From Eutreptiella sp. 'Long Island Sound 2002' (taxonomy: Eukaryota > Protista > Euglenida), in the NCBI GenBank assembly GCA_964036045.1, contig OZ038378.1, positions 24,428,001 through 24,492,000 of the forward strand: a stretch of 64,000 nucleotides of DNA, given 5' to 3'. Positions 28,001-39,664 of this stretch are shown here, in pieces. The notes under the pieces were generated by a model. The model was not told the origin of the DNA and ran no database searches. It saw only the letters and a program-made list of their open reading frames with translations. The translations under genes and the position numbers were made by a program. The stretch's first letter is position 1; every line of letters starts with the position of its first letter.

Positions 28001-31000
28001 ATTGGACGGTGTGCCATAGTGGATGGTTTGTGCGGAAGTACCGGGCAATGTACTTGTTTAGTTCGGTGCCGACCGAGAGGAGGGACTCGGCCTATTCAGC
28101 ACACATTCAAAATAGTTTCCGTGGGTGGTCGGTGAAGAATCCACGTGTCTCCGTGTGGGACATGCGGCATTTGCTCAACATGTATGGATTGGATGTCGGG
28201 CTAAACCGTGTTGGGAGCCCATCCACCGGGACAGGGAGAGGGCAGAAGAGGAAGAGGAGTGAATAACATGGCCTTGGCGAAGTGTCTTTTATTGCGCCAC
28301 TTGTGCATGTTCCATTTCAGTAGAAGGGGTCTGAGAAGTCATTTTGAGAAGGGGTCCGTGATGAGAAAGTAGGCCGAGAAGTCATTTTGAGAAGGGGTTC
28401 CCAATCAAAAAGTGCCTCTAGGAACCCCCCGGGGAGGTCCGAGAAGGAAAATACAAAAACTGCCCATTAGGGCCGTTTGGACTGGGACCAAAAGTTTTCC
28501 ACATGTAGGCACCCAAGAGGCTATGAAAACACCCCCCGTCCAATTGGACCATCTACATGTGCTTGGTTTGTAGTCGGGGTCCCCCCAATCCGAGAAGGGG
28601 GGGGGTTCCCGCTACCCCCCTTCTCGGTTTCACCACATGCACGCCTCGTGGCCAAACTCGACGAGTCCCACTCAAGAAGCTAGCCAATCGCTGGTGGAAT
28701 GGCTCGAGGAGGTGGAAGAGGAGCCCTGGACTTACAAAGACTTCCAGCCCCGCTGGAAATTGGCGTCGCAAGCATCACGAGCGAAGAAGGAGTTGAAGGC
28801 GGCCCTCGTGGAGCGCTGGAGGAGTGCGATGCGGCCATGGCAGAGTACGCTTCAGGCATAAAGCGTGTGCGGGAGCTGCAGGAGTGGGTGCGGAAGGCGT
28901 GGCAGAAGAAGAAGGGAGATCAGAAGACGTGAAAAGGTGGAGATAGAGATTGAAGAGACGATTGCCAAAGCGCAGCACGGGACCGAACCGCGGTCCCGTG
29001 TGTGGATGATGAGGGGCCGACACGGGAAGCGACCACAAAAGGTGCTGCCAGTGGAGAAGAGGCTGCTGGCGGAGGAACAAATGGTGGCGACAAGGACCGC
29101 TGGCGAGCTACCTTTACACTGTTGTAATGTGGCGGTCACGGGGGCGACGGAGGCAGTGAAGAAGAAGGATGTGGCGAAGCAAACGAATGGACCGGCACCC
29201 AGGCCTTTTCCTTCGCGAGTGTTGATCGTGGACCCGGAGGGCTCGAAGGCTACACAAGCTTTGCAGGAGGACATGGAGAGGCGTGGGGCGGCCGTGCAAC
29301 TGGTAATGGGTAGGGTCACAAGGCGTAATAGGGGCTCCGTGCTTGTGTCTCGTGCTAACCTTTTGGCCATGCAGAGAGCTACCTCCCCAGCCTCATCACC
29401 AAATTAGCTGGGCAGGTGATCTCCAAACCATACATGGCTCAAGCCATGGAAGTATAGTGTGTTGGTGCACGCGCGCTCCGTAAACTACGCAATGAGATGT
29501 ATCAAAAAGGTGTGCATCGCCCCCAGGCACGCCACAAAGACTTGCTGACGAGGAGGTCCACTGCATATAGCCTACGGCGTCCCTAGAGGATAGCTGGGAG
29601 CAAGAGATGTACAATAAGTTTTTCAAGGCCAAGAAGAAGGGTAGGATTGTCATGTTTTGGTATCCGGTGTGGAGCCTTGTAGTTGTTGAGCAATGTGTGG
29701 TTAGTGGTAATGTTACATGGCAAAAGAGTTTTCCGCAGGTGGTTGATGTGTTGGTACAGGTGCCGGAATGCACACTCCTCATGCATACCACCACCCGTTC
29801 GGTACAATTAGGTCATGAAGGGGCAGCGCAAGATGCCAGTGATGTTTACTGCTTCTCTAGGTGTTGTGGCTCCTTGCGCCACGGGCCGCGCAAATGGGTG
29901 CCCTTTGACGTGTCACTGGTGGAAGCCTAGCCCACACTCGGCCTGTAAAGTCTTCGTGTGTACAAACCTCCGAAGAAACGGAGAGGTGCCCAGGCCTGGA
30001 AGGAGGTTCACTGATGTTGGGGTTCTGTTTTCGGGCTGACATCGGTTGAGGTTGTTGCCGACCCTAATCCTGTTGACTCCGATGCTTCTTTCCAAGCACA
30101 GGTGGCTGAAGCCCCTCCTCGTGTTCAGCCTGCACAGGCAGCCGAGCTTAAGTGCGTGGCTATTGTTGAACCACTTGACTCGAAGGTCACGGGACAGGCC
30201 TCAAGCAGTAGCGGTAGAGGTAACAGCAATAGTGACAGTGATACTGACAGTGGCGATGACAACAACACTTAGAGTCACAGTAGAGAGGCATCCAAGGATA
30301 GCAGTGCGTGCACAAGCAGTGCTATCGAGGTAAGCAGTGAGTGGAGCACGAGCCATTCAGAAAGCGAGGCACCTGCTGCTGCCCGTCCGCCGAAGAAGAA
30401 GGATGGCAATGTGTGCACCCCAAAGCACCACTCAGCCACCTGCCCCTGCTGCCATTGATGTGGATGCAGAATCTAGTTCTAGCCCTCAGCTGAATTTGTT
30501 GACTGAGGATGACTTTTTTCCTACGGATATTGATGCTGCATTGAAGAAAGAAGATAAGTTTTGAAGGAAATGTGACCTAGGCTGACCATTGAGGACTCAC
30601 CCACCGAACCGGGCTAACTAGGGGGGAGGGGGGTTGCAGGCAACCGGTTGAGGAGGGCAAGGTGGGGTGTGGGGTGCGGGGGGTGGGCGGTGAGAACCCG
30701 GCACTCCATGAGTCGGGTCCAGAATCGCGACCTTGTTATTGGCCACGGCTGGCCATGGTAGCCGGGGCAGCTTCTCTTTGAGAAGTGGCGGAGCTGTGTA
30801 CATATTGCAAGGGTTTGTTTGCTTGTGTTAGTGTGAAAAATGAATGGCCCAGAAATTTTGCTTAAACTGTGCGTCCCTCGGAAAGAAGTGGCCGGTAAGC
30901 ATGCTGGTGCCCGGAAAAATTAGCCCGCTTTTCCCCGGCCATAGGAGCCCCCAATATTGGGTCCGACCGACAGGCCCACGGCGGTCCCCGGCCTGAAAAT

Positions 31001-32584
31001 CTGGCGGCCTATCTCAGTGCCGCACACCGTGGAAGAAACACCGCCCTTGGAAAACTTTTGGAAGCGGGGAGCGTAGCACTTATGCTGAGGATAACAACAT
31101 TCTATGCTAGGTGTGCAGACTACATGTGCTTTTTCTCCTATCTATTGCCGCATTTTGCTTTTTGGGCCTCTTTCTTTCACAAATGGTACGCTGAATTGCG
31201 CACCCAATGTGGTATGGGCCCACAAGATGGTAGTGGTCAAGTAGTGATGGGCTCCCACGTTTTAGTGTGGCCCCTCAAGTTGGGGTGATGGTTTCCCATG
31301 CTTTGGAGAATAGGGTTACATTTCCCTCCCCTTCTTGTTGGCCAGTTACCAATTCCCCCTTCGAGTACTCTTCATCACACACGGGTGACTACTCCTCGGA
31401 CGAGCCCGCGTGGCGCCAAAAGCAATCTGGGAAAGAACCGTGGCACACAACATCTCTTTCGCTCCTACTCTAGATCAAGTACAGAAAGCAATAGCGTGGG
31501 TCAATGACAGTTGTAGGATGGTACCGTGGGACGGAAGAAAGTTGTGGACCACTTCATGGCATGTTGGGGAAGACCTGACCTCGCGAGTCACAAAGTTGCA
31601 AAGCAACAAGAATCAGTTCAAAAGCTCTTCAGTAATCTGTCATAGGCGCCTTTCGCTTGGACAATAGAAGTACCCAGTGAAATTTGCGCAGATGGCTTGT
31701 TCTACTATCCATAAACCTACACACCCACACAACGTTAAAAACACAACAAAAACCCATCCTCGCAGGAAATGAAGGTCAAAGGATTAGACGAAGCATTGAT
31801 AAAGGTATTGGCAACTCGCCCTTGTATTATGGCCAAAAACCTTTGGATAGGTACCCCGGCTTCAGTGTCCATGTGAGACCCAACATATTGGGATGTGCAT
31901 AGGCCATGCACGTTCCGCCTCCAAGATGCACATACACCCCATGGCAGTCAAACATGACCCGATGCCAAAGCCAACACACCGAACGTTTGGTTGCTTGGCC
32001 CCGTATTCACAAAGTTTTTGCGGTTTCTCAGCATCTTCCATTACCTTGCAAAAAGGCTACATAACCTCTTGAAGTGGTCCCTTTTGGCCGCGAAAATAAG
32101 ATTATCCCGAACTTGTACAGGAGTGACACCGTGTCGTCACCGTATGCCCACCGCATGCACGCTGTTTAGATTTTATCACACCTCCCAAGAGATCTCATTT
32201 TATCAAACGGTCTTCGTAGTACCAATTAGAGTGCCAATATACAGACAAGTAAAAAACCCTCCCATCGGGAACGCTTCCTACGCGCCGCAGGCGCACCGCA
32301 TGCGCCGCAGGGAAAGGGTAATTGGTTTTAGTGTACACTATCCAAGAAATTTACAACAGAACAAAAAAGTTCCCTCGAATCAAACAACTTGCATGATGAT
32401 ATGTGACCCCTCTGCTATGTGGCTGGGCAAACTCTCAAAGTCACCTCACTGAAGGACTAGATTTGAGGAAAGGCATTCACGTGCCACTGGAGTGGGATTT
32501 CAAAATGACACGAATAGAAGGGAACCCAAAATCAGTCTGACTGTTACGTACGGCACAAAGAACATCCCTTGCAATGGAAAGGTC

Positions 32585-32644
<60 letters not shown>

Positions 32645-34466
32645 TGCGTGCGGGGTAGGGCAGCAAACTACAAAAATCATTTCAGCACAGGAATGAGTTT
32701 GGGTTTAGGAATTTACATACACCAATATCCAGGTGGTAGGTGGTAAAAGCCAAGGGAAGCCCAAGTCAGAGAGCATACATTGGGTGGGAATTACCCTTCT
32801 TGGGGGGTGGGCTCACCCCGGCAGCACAATTGTAGGTTATTGGTGTCATTTCTCAAATTTCCCATCTTAGGAACTCCCATAACCAATAACTGTTCCAAAA
32901 GCTGTGTTCCTAGAGATAAAAGGCATTACATACCCATACCTAGGCAAGCAAGCACGTTTACAAGCCTTTTGTTTAATTCCTCTGGCCCAGCCCAACGCTC
33001 CACGCAAGCCATCTTTTATTGAAATGTGCCCTTCCCAATTCCAGAGTTTGAGTCACAAAGCCAACGACGGCAGCCTGGGGTGTGTGCCCCCAAATACGCA
33101 GTTTCGGCAGAAAAACAGCATTCCGTGCACCAAAAAACGGCCCGATTCCCCTGTAAAAATGGCTGGGTGAAAGAACACAAATGTCATACACCACCACGGC
33201 AGTATTGCTTTGCTTGTTTCAAAGAAGCCTTTTGTGGCCACCAAATGCCATGATGTGCCCACCAAATGGCCCCATCAAATCTATGCAGTTTGGCTCGAAA
33301 CAACCCAAGACAAGATACGGCTGTATCTTATGCCACACGCGCCAAGGTCCGAGTCCCAACAACACAAAGACCCCATTTTGAAGGTTTTTTTTGGGGGACC
33401 CTTCTGAGCCGAAACAGGTCAAAACAAGCCCATTTTTGCCTCATTTTGGACCCGCATTTGACCATTTTGTAGGTGGGCCGGGTGTGCGCACCGGGGCCAA
33501 CTGGGCACCAAGGAGGGGCCTGTGCTGGGTCTATTTGGGTGATTCAGGGGTGGGCACGTGCTAATTTGGGGGCATATACTGCCGTGAAATGGGGCAATAA
33601 CGTTTGTTTAAAAAAATTATTCACAACCCATTTGGGATACCTAATTGCCTTTTTCACGCCCTTTTTGAGTCCGTTTTTGGCCTTGTTTGCCTTCCTGCAA
33701 AAGCCCAAACTTGAAAATGGGTCAGTTTGGGACGAAAGCTGGGGCAACAATTGCTCAAGAACAGGCTTTCTTCATGCTCCCGTAGCTCAGTCTGGACCCT
33801 TCCAAGAGCATGTAATGCAAATTTATAATTTTCCTTGAGATGTGGGCTCCATCTGTCAAGGGGGGTAATAGTACTGCCTGGTGATTATACAAGTAGGCTC
33901 TCCCCCCCCTCCCGTGTCCATACCACTCAAAACATACCATGTGCTCGCATGCTGTTCATGCTGAACCCTCTAGTACTGTCACCCATGCCGTCATGGCACC
34001 CCCACCGATCCCTGTTGTGTCTGTGGATTGGACCAAATATTGCACCATATGAGTTCTGTTGTCTACGCGGGGTCCTTACCAGGCCGTGATGAGATCCCAG
34101 AAGCACAGCCCACCCTAGAAGTGAGGAGGGTTTCTCCCAGGACAAAGGTCGCTGAGGAGAGAAGGGGTTTGGCTGGTAGGCTGGCCTGGCTTGTTTGTCA
34201 TGAATGTCAACTTTTTTCAGGTTGCAGATGCCCAAGTGGATCATGTCCAGTGCAAGGCTCAAGACATAATTGTGGTGGCATCAGATGGCTTATATGACAA
34301 CATGTTTGATGACGAGATTGCCAGCTTTTGTGTATGTCAGTCGATGGGCTGTGGGTGCTCCTGATAGACTATCTTTGGAGACAAGTGCTGGCTATCTGCT
34401 GTGTATACGGGCGTGCTTTTTGTACTTCAGCCAATGGATCAATGTGCTTTGCCTATGTCAGGGGAT

Positions 34467-34508
<42 letters not shown>

Positions 34509-36230
34509 CGCACGCGCGTGTTGTGTATGTCGTGCATGCGTGTTTGCCTGCGTGCATGTGCATTGCATGTCAAGGGGTGGGCGCAGTGTATTTCAGCAGG
34601 GCGAGTCTCTTTTTCGTCTCATGAAGTAGGCTTTGTGGTTTATGGAGATGCGCTCAGTGTGATTCGTGAATGCCAGGTGATGGCCCTGGTGTGTTTTATC
34701 TTGGCATGGACGATGTGCGTTTTTTCAAGTGGACTGCGTGGACTGAATGTGCTTTTTGTATGTCTGCCGACAGGAGCATGTTTCTAAGTGCCTGTTTGTC
34801 ACGTGCATCGTGTGTGTCTGTGTGTGTGTGTGTGTGATTTGCTTTGTTTGGTTCCTACACGAGTGTGTGTGTGTGTGTGTGTTTGTGTGTGTGCAATTCA
34901 ATATGTGTCATTCGTTGTATGTTCCTGCTGTCTGTCAAAGAATGTTTTTTTTGTGTCTTTGTATTTCGGACTGGGCACAGCATGTCCTGCAGGTCTGTGC
35001 GGACTTTACCCATGGCCTCCATCACCTTTCCAACCTTTTGACATGCCCCTCAGGAAACTCAGAAACACCAGTCGCCTCTTGAATTGGCGCAGTCGTTGAA
35101 GCAGCAAGCCCTTGCGGTGTCGGCAGATGAAGAAAAGGTGTGGCCCACTCTCACAGCCCTCAGCCTGAGGCTTGCTTCTGACCACCCCACATCTTATTCA
35201 TGTCCAAATGATTACTCATCAGTGTGACGACGTCGACCTTCGACGGCTTGTTACAAGCATTCCCGACACACTGACAAACACGTTGTGTTGCGGCTGGCAC
35301 ATGGGCTAACGGTCATACTGGTGCAGGGTTGTCTTACCACTTCACATCTCCTGCATGCGTGCTCTAGGACTGTCACATCCCAACTGTGTGGTTTGGCCAT
35401 GCCACATCCGACACGCGTGTCTACCCAAGTCCCATCCGGCACCCGTGGTGTGGCGCCGTTGCGGCAGCATGAGTCGGCCTCATTCAACCTGCTCATTCTC
35501 GCGTCACGGATGTTTCATCGTTCGAAGCCGAATTGACAAAGAAGCGCAAATGGCTTTGCTGCGTAGTCGAGTGTCGAGCAGAATTTGGCCATGTGTTGCA
35601 CACCACAAAGAAGTGTGCAACCCTTTGCTGTATAGTGCACTGTGGAGCAGAACCTTGCTGTGCTTTCTCCCCTCCACGGAGAGGCGCCACCGGCCTTGGC
35701 TGTGAATGGCTCTTGAGCACAGCAAGTTTCTGCCCAAGAGTCCACCAGAAAACAAAACCCATTTAAGCTAATTTTTGGATTGGGAAACACACAGCCAGCT
35801 TCAGTTTAAGAGTCCACTACGCAGTGCAAACCATTTGCGCCAAGAACTCTTGCCCTTTGCCCGCTCTGAACCCCTCCCTCCCCCCCATCAGAGCCCCACC
35901 TCCCCCCTCCCAAGGGTTGTCGGGAGACCCACGGACCTACGGCCCGTGTCAAACTCTTTTGGGGCACGACATCATGTTCCTGAAGGGCCTGGGAAATTGC
36001 TGTGTGTTTTCCAATCAACATACAACAGCAAACGGCTTTTGTTATGCCCCTGGCTCTCCAGGCGCAAATGCTTTGGCTGCGAAATTGACCGAACCTCCGA
36101 CGGAACTTTTGCTCTCTGTCTTCAGGTGACACCATTTCAAGTGGCATGTGAAGAAGAGAATTACGAATGGAACGGGGGCAAAGAGGATGATATAACCGTT
36201 GTTGTGGCGAAGGTGCAAATTTTGGATTGA
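13098..36230 (+). CDS. PTC7: PTC7/PPTC7-family (PBCP-like) PP2C protein phosphatase, 8 identified exons, probable plastid presequence
   Basis: Phase-compatible GT-AG exons: 13098-13406 (?), 14076-14159 (?), 17662-17962 (GEDSF, GVADGVGGW), 19239-19351 (GVDPAIFANKLM), 20590-20811 (GSAT, ANLGDS, FNTPYQL), 34221-34331 (VVASDGLYDN), 35054-35137 and 36126-36230 (GGKEDDITVVV, stop). All PP2C metal-binding motifs occur in order. The first two exons and the start codon are less certain. Confidence 0.9.
16120..16460. repeat. Degenerate AT-rich tandem repeat of about 55-60 bp (ggtactcgcatttac..aaaaaa)
   Basis: About 5-6 imperfect copies of a (g)tactc(g/a)(c/t)(a/g)tttac-N-A-tract unit inside a PP2C intron. 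Confidence 0.65.
21990..22700 (+). repeat. 33-bp (11-codon) degenerate repeat array, SAKPxPLVRLx-like
   Basis: About 6 copies of gcgccaaaccc..ccccttgtgcgcct at 21990-22250 and 2 more at 22620-22700. Confidence 0.7.
24000..25250 (+). pseudogene. Heavily decayed ORF, possibly a retroelement RT fragment
   Basis: Fragment RPIAKCHTF..RLVL.VATRAL (about 24665-24730) resembles the RPI motif ahead of non-LTR/Penelope-like RT domains; no YxDD recognisable. Confidence 0.2.
25990..26145 (+). repeat. GAGAAG/AGAAGGGGTTCC repeat module upstream of the transposase (copy A)
   Basis: About 53 bp aligns at roughly 80% identity with 28358-28412. Confidence 0.8.
26205..28266 (+). mobile_element. Decayed Transib/Chapaev/RAG1-fold DDE transposase
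   Basis: In order and in one frame from 27028 (with stops at about 27304, 27385 and 27751): VCLDATP (D1); MTGDGK (D2) followed by KCWSCD (CxxC); GYAH; and TLWVHWTVCHSGWFVRKYRAMYLFSSVPTERR. The last motif has the same HxxxxH-to-E spacing as RAG1 TNYFHKTLAH...SEGNES. The N-terminal part (26205-26954) is in another frame. Confidence 0.7.
28320..28430 (+). repeat. Same module upstream of the second ORF (copy B)
   Basis: gagaagtcattttgagaaggggt x2, followed by tagg/aacccc as in copy A. Confidence 0.8.
28637..30564 (+). pseudogene. Second, frameshifted ORF (about 600 aa) directly downstream of the transposase; coiled-coil N-terminus, Ser-rich C-terminus
   Basis: Consecutive ORF fragments 28637..28861, 28699..28932, 28865..29407, 29607..29930 and 30337..30564 form one coding-like tract. 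Confidence 0.5.
31700..33000 (+). pseudogene. Decayed Penelope-like/non-LTR reverse transcriptase fragment interrupted by a (GT)n tract
   Basis: IYRQVKNPPIGNASYAPQA resembles the YxQxxGxPMG-SP motif; LHDD lies in an adjacent frame at about 32388; downstream FLEIKGITYP resembles LxxxGYP. Many stops. Confidence 0.4.
32586..32651. repeat. (GT)n(GCGT)n microsatellite
   Basis: Seen directly. Confidence 0.95.
34467..34892. repeat. Several (GT)n tracts in a PP2C intron
   Basis: At about 34467-34506, 34811-34834 and 34862-34892. Confidence 0.9.
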
Positions 36231-36849
36231 TGGGGATATTTCTGCGGATTGGCATCGATGGAGGGATCAGCGTTGTGGGACTCTTGTGTCAGTTTCTGTG
36301 GTTGTTGTAGATGGTCATGATTCAAGGTGTTTTCAGGAGCTTCATGATTCATGGTCCCTAAGGTTCATGATGCATGAGTTTTCGTGATTCAAGGTCCCGA
36401 GACAAGCCGTTGCACCAGTGCAACGTGACCTGCCACACCTTCCTGAGCAGCAAAGGGTCACATGGTCCATTGTCACTGGCTGGCAGCAGTTACCCCACAG
36501 CTGGATGACCTGGAAGGGGCATCGGAAAATGCGGGGGGGTTCGAAGTGGAGTCTGTTTCTGGCATTGCCTTGGTCATTGTTATCTAAACATCCCCTTGCA
36601 GATTCGAAATGGAGCAAGTAAGGTGAGCCACACGGGACACAACTTGCACTTGAGCTGCTGTAATATTGTTTCCAGTGCAGGCCAGAGAGCTTTGTGAGCG
36701 TACTGTGCTGATACCCCACACCGCGAACATTGGGAAACGGTCAGGGTGGCACGTTAGTGCCTTCCCACCCGGCAACACATCGTCGAGGTTGTGGAGTTTG
36801 TCGCAGATGTTTCCCGTTGCCAATAGCAAAATCAACCAGTGTACACTAG

Positions 36850-37300
36850 AACATATCGCCAGAGCTGCCGGATACATGGTTTCAGTACCATCGCTCATGA
36901 ATTGAGCTACGGTCCCATAATCCAGTGGACACAGAACTATTTAGGTACATTCCATTGGGAAGCGTACTACTTCCATGATTTCTTTCTCTGCTATGCTCAC
37001 TGCAAACAAAGATGTGGGGATTCCCGGGAAATCTTGGCACGTTTTGCACATTAATGGGGAAATTTCTGGGGGATTTGCGGCACAGCCAGGTTATGTTGTT
37101 TGCCGCCGTTGAATTCTGTACATTCTTGCTGCAAAGGGATGCATGTTGGGGTTTGCACCAGAGCTTCACGTGGGACAGTGGTGCGTTGCCACATTGGCCA
37201 TGTCGCATCGCAGTCGAGCAGACGTTTTCCCAGATGACCACCCACTTTGCTGCACCTAAACATGTTGCACTGTCTCAGCCCTGCCCCGCCGTGCCACCCG
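36850..37300 (+). pseudogene. Possible decayed PIF/Harbinger (DDE_Tnp_4)-like transposase fragment
   Basis: WGFPGN ... LLQRDAC ... RIAVEQTFSQM roughly matches GWPGS..HD / LGDxGY / RxxVExxFGxL in order and spacing. Confidence 0.3.
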
Positions 37301-39159
37301 ACTACCCCCACTACTACTCAGCTTTTATGGCAAACCCTCCACTACCACCGAATACGCTGCCCATGGCGGGATGACGGACCACCATGGCATGTTGTGGTAT
37401 CCGTGTGTCAGCCAAAGCTCTTGTTGTGTGCATGGCTGCACTGCCTGTGGCAGTTGGTGGCCATCTCAGCCAGAGGCAGTCTGCAAGGTGTGTGTTGAGT
37501 GTCTGTGAGCATCTGTTGAGGAACGTTGTGCGCATGCTGAGCTGTGCAGGGTACTAAGGAGGCATGCTGGCATGGCATCTATGATGGCCGCAAATATTTC
37601 AATGCAAAGGCAGCCCACATGCCTATTGGTGCAAGCTGGTACCACTGCAAGGCAGAGGGGTGTGTCGTTCTGCAAGTGACAGCACGGCCTGAACCTGTGA
37701 ATCTTCAAGTCCTCATGCATGCAACACACCAACTGTAACAATCCCTGCAATCCTGGACCCTGAATTGCAGGTGACGATGGAGGCTAAAAGCAGTGAACCT
37801 TGACCAGGATTTCTTACCGCTGGCTTTCAGTTCATGTCGCCCACAGTGTGCTGTTGATGCCACCCCTCCCCAGAAAATTGTATGGTGGTGAGGCGGCCGT
37901 AGGTGCACTAGACAAATCGATCGAGGGTGGGCATGGCGATAAACCAGTATCAGCTCAGTGTTGTGCATACTGTGCAAACACAATCCCCATGCCCTCAAGC
38001 GGCCCCCACCTCTGAGAAAGCAACTGCTCAGCCCTCACTTGTGCTTCCACACGTGGTGTGATGTGTCTGTGTGATCATTGGGAGCATGCCCATGGGTGTG
38101 GTCAGTGTGTTGGTGTGGTCATTTTTGCCTCACACCAATGTTGGCCATTGTTTCGGCATCCTGGCTTTCTTGGCCAACATAGCCGATTATAATTCAAGCC
38201 CTGAAGCAAGGGGATTTTTTTCAGAAAGTGCTTCAGAGCCTTGAATTGTTGACATCGATCAAAAGGTGCTGCTGTGCGTGTACCGTGCGGCTCTTCGCCC
38301 AAAGCCCCTCCACAATGGGCGCACTGGTGTGCCCAGCGATCCACACCGAGCCTCTTGGCTGGGATAATCTTTTTTTTTAGATGCGAAATCTTTTTTTTAG
38401 ATGCGCTAAAATTTAAGAAAAGTACTAAAATTTAAGTCGAAACAGCTAAAAAATGAGCAAAAACAGCTAAAAAATGAGCAAAAACATCTAAAAAAAAGAT
38501 TTCGCATCTAAAAAAAAAGATTTCGCATTTAAAAAAAAAGATTCCTTACTAAAAAATAAGATTCCACAAAACCCAAAATCTAAAAAAAAAGTCAGTCGCA
38601 TGTTTAAAAACGTCAAAAAAGCAGATTCTTTTTTTTTAGACGGCCAGGTAAAAAGTGAGATTTTGGTAAAACTAAGAGAACACAAAGCCAGGGGTGGGGA
38701 GGGGAGGCAGAAATGCAGTTCCTAGGGGCACCCCACCGGACGAATCATCCACGTTCCTGAGGCGAACCCTGCAAAACAAGGCACAAAGCAAATAACGGTA
38801 AAGAATGCCAACAAGACCGGAGCAGATGGCTGAGCACTCGCAGAACGTGCTTTTGCAGCACACACTACATTACGTGAAGATGATGTAACCCACTTGATGG
38901 CGTCGGGACATGCCACTGTGCAACTGATGCACAAGACGCCGTCTTTGTGGAGAAGGGCTAAAATGCCGTGGATTTTTGGAAATGCCAAACAAATACAGAA
39001 GCAGCATCCCTCCCTGTGTGCACCTGAAGATATTTGAAACGAGCAAAACTTGAGCATGAAATTATGGGCAAAATTGTGCACCCACTGAGTAGTGGTTGAA
39101 AACAACCTCTACGAGGCAATGCCACTCGGCTTTGTGCACCGAATAATGCCTCTAAACAA

Positions 39160-39575
39160 AGTTTGAGCAAGGAATCTGAACGTTGGGACTGACTGGGCAG
39201 ACAACAAAGGCTGCCAAAAATGAGCATATAATGCAGGAACGGAAGTGTTGAATGCAGGGTTCTTAGGAGTTGATCACTATGGCTGGCAGACACTGCAGCA
39301 CAGGCACGTGGGTGGCACAATGCACTGCAGAAAAAATGCGCAAAAAAAAACTGTGAAAAAACCTCCCTGTGAACAAAATCTGAGCAAGGAATCTGGAACT
39401 GGGGACTGACTGGGCAGACTGCCAAAGCTCCAGAAAATGAGCATACAATGCAGGAACGGATGTGTTGGGGTGCAAATGTCCCAGGAGTTGATGGCTATGG
39501 CTGTCAGACACTGCAGCAATGTACAGGAAGGTGGGTGGCACTTTGCAGTGCAGAAGAAATGAGCAGAAAAAACCT
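39160..39575. repeat. About 215-bp imperfect tandem duplication in the MULE 3' region
   Basis: gagcaaggaatctg..actgactgggcagac.. at 39167 and 39382. Confidence 0.85.
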
Positions 39576-39664
39576 GGCTGGATCACTCTGCATCTGAAAA
39601 GAGGTCCCCACTCAGCAACCACTACACACTGCTTGTGTGGACAGGCAAACAGTGGGGATCACTG

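Noticed and set aside
25560-31060. Transib-type CAC...GTG TIRs with a 5-bp TSD around the RAG1-like element
   Set aside because: I checked the candidate CAC/GTG ends by eye and none gave a matching TSD plus inverted similarity.
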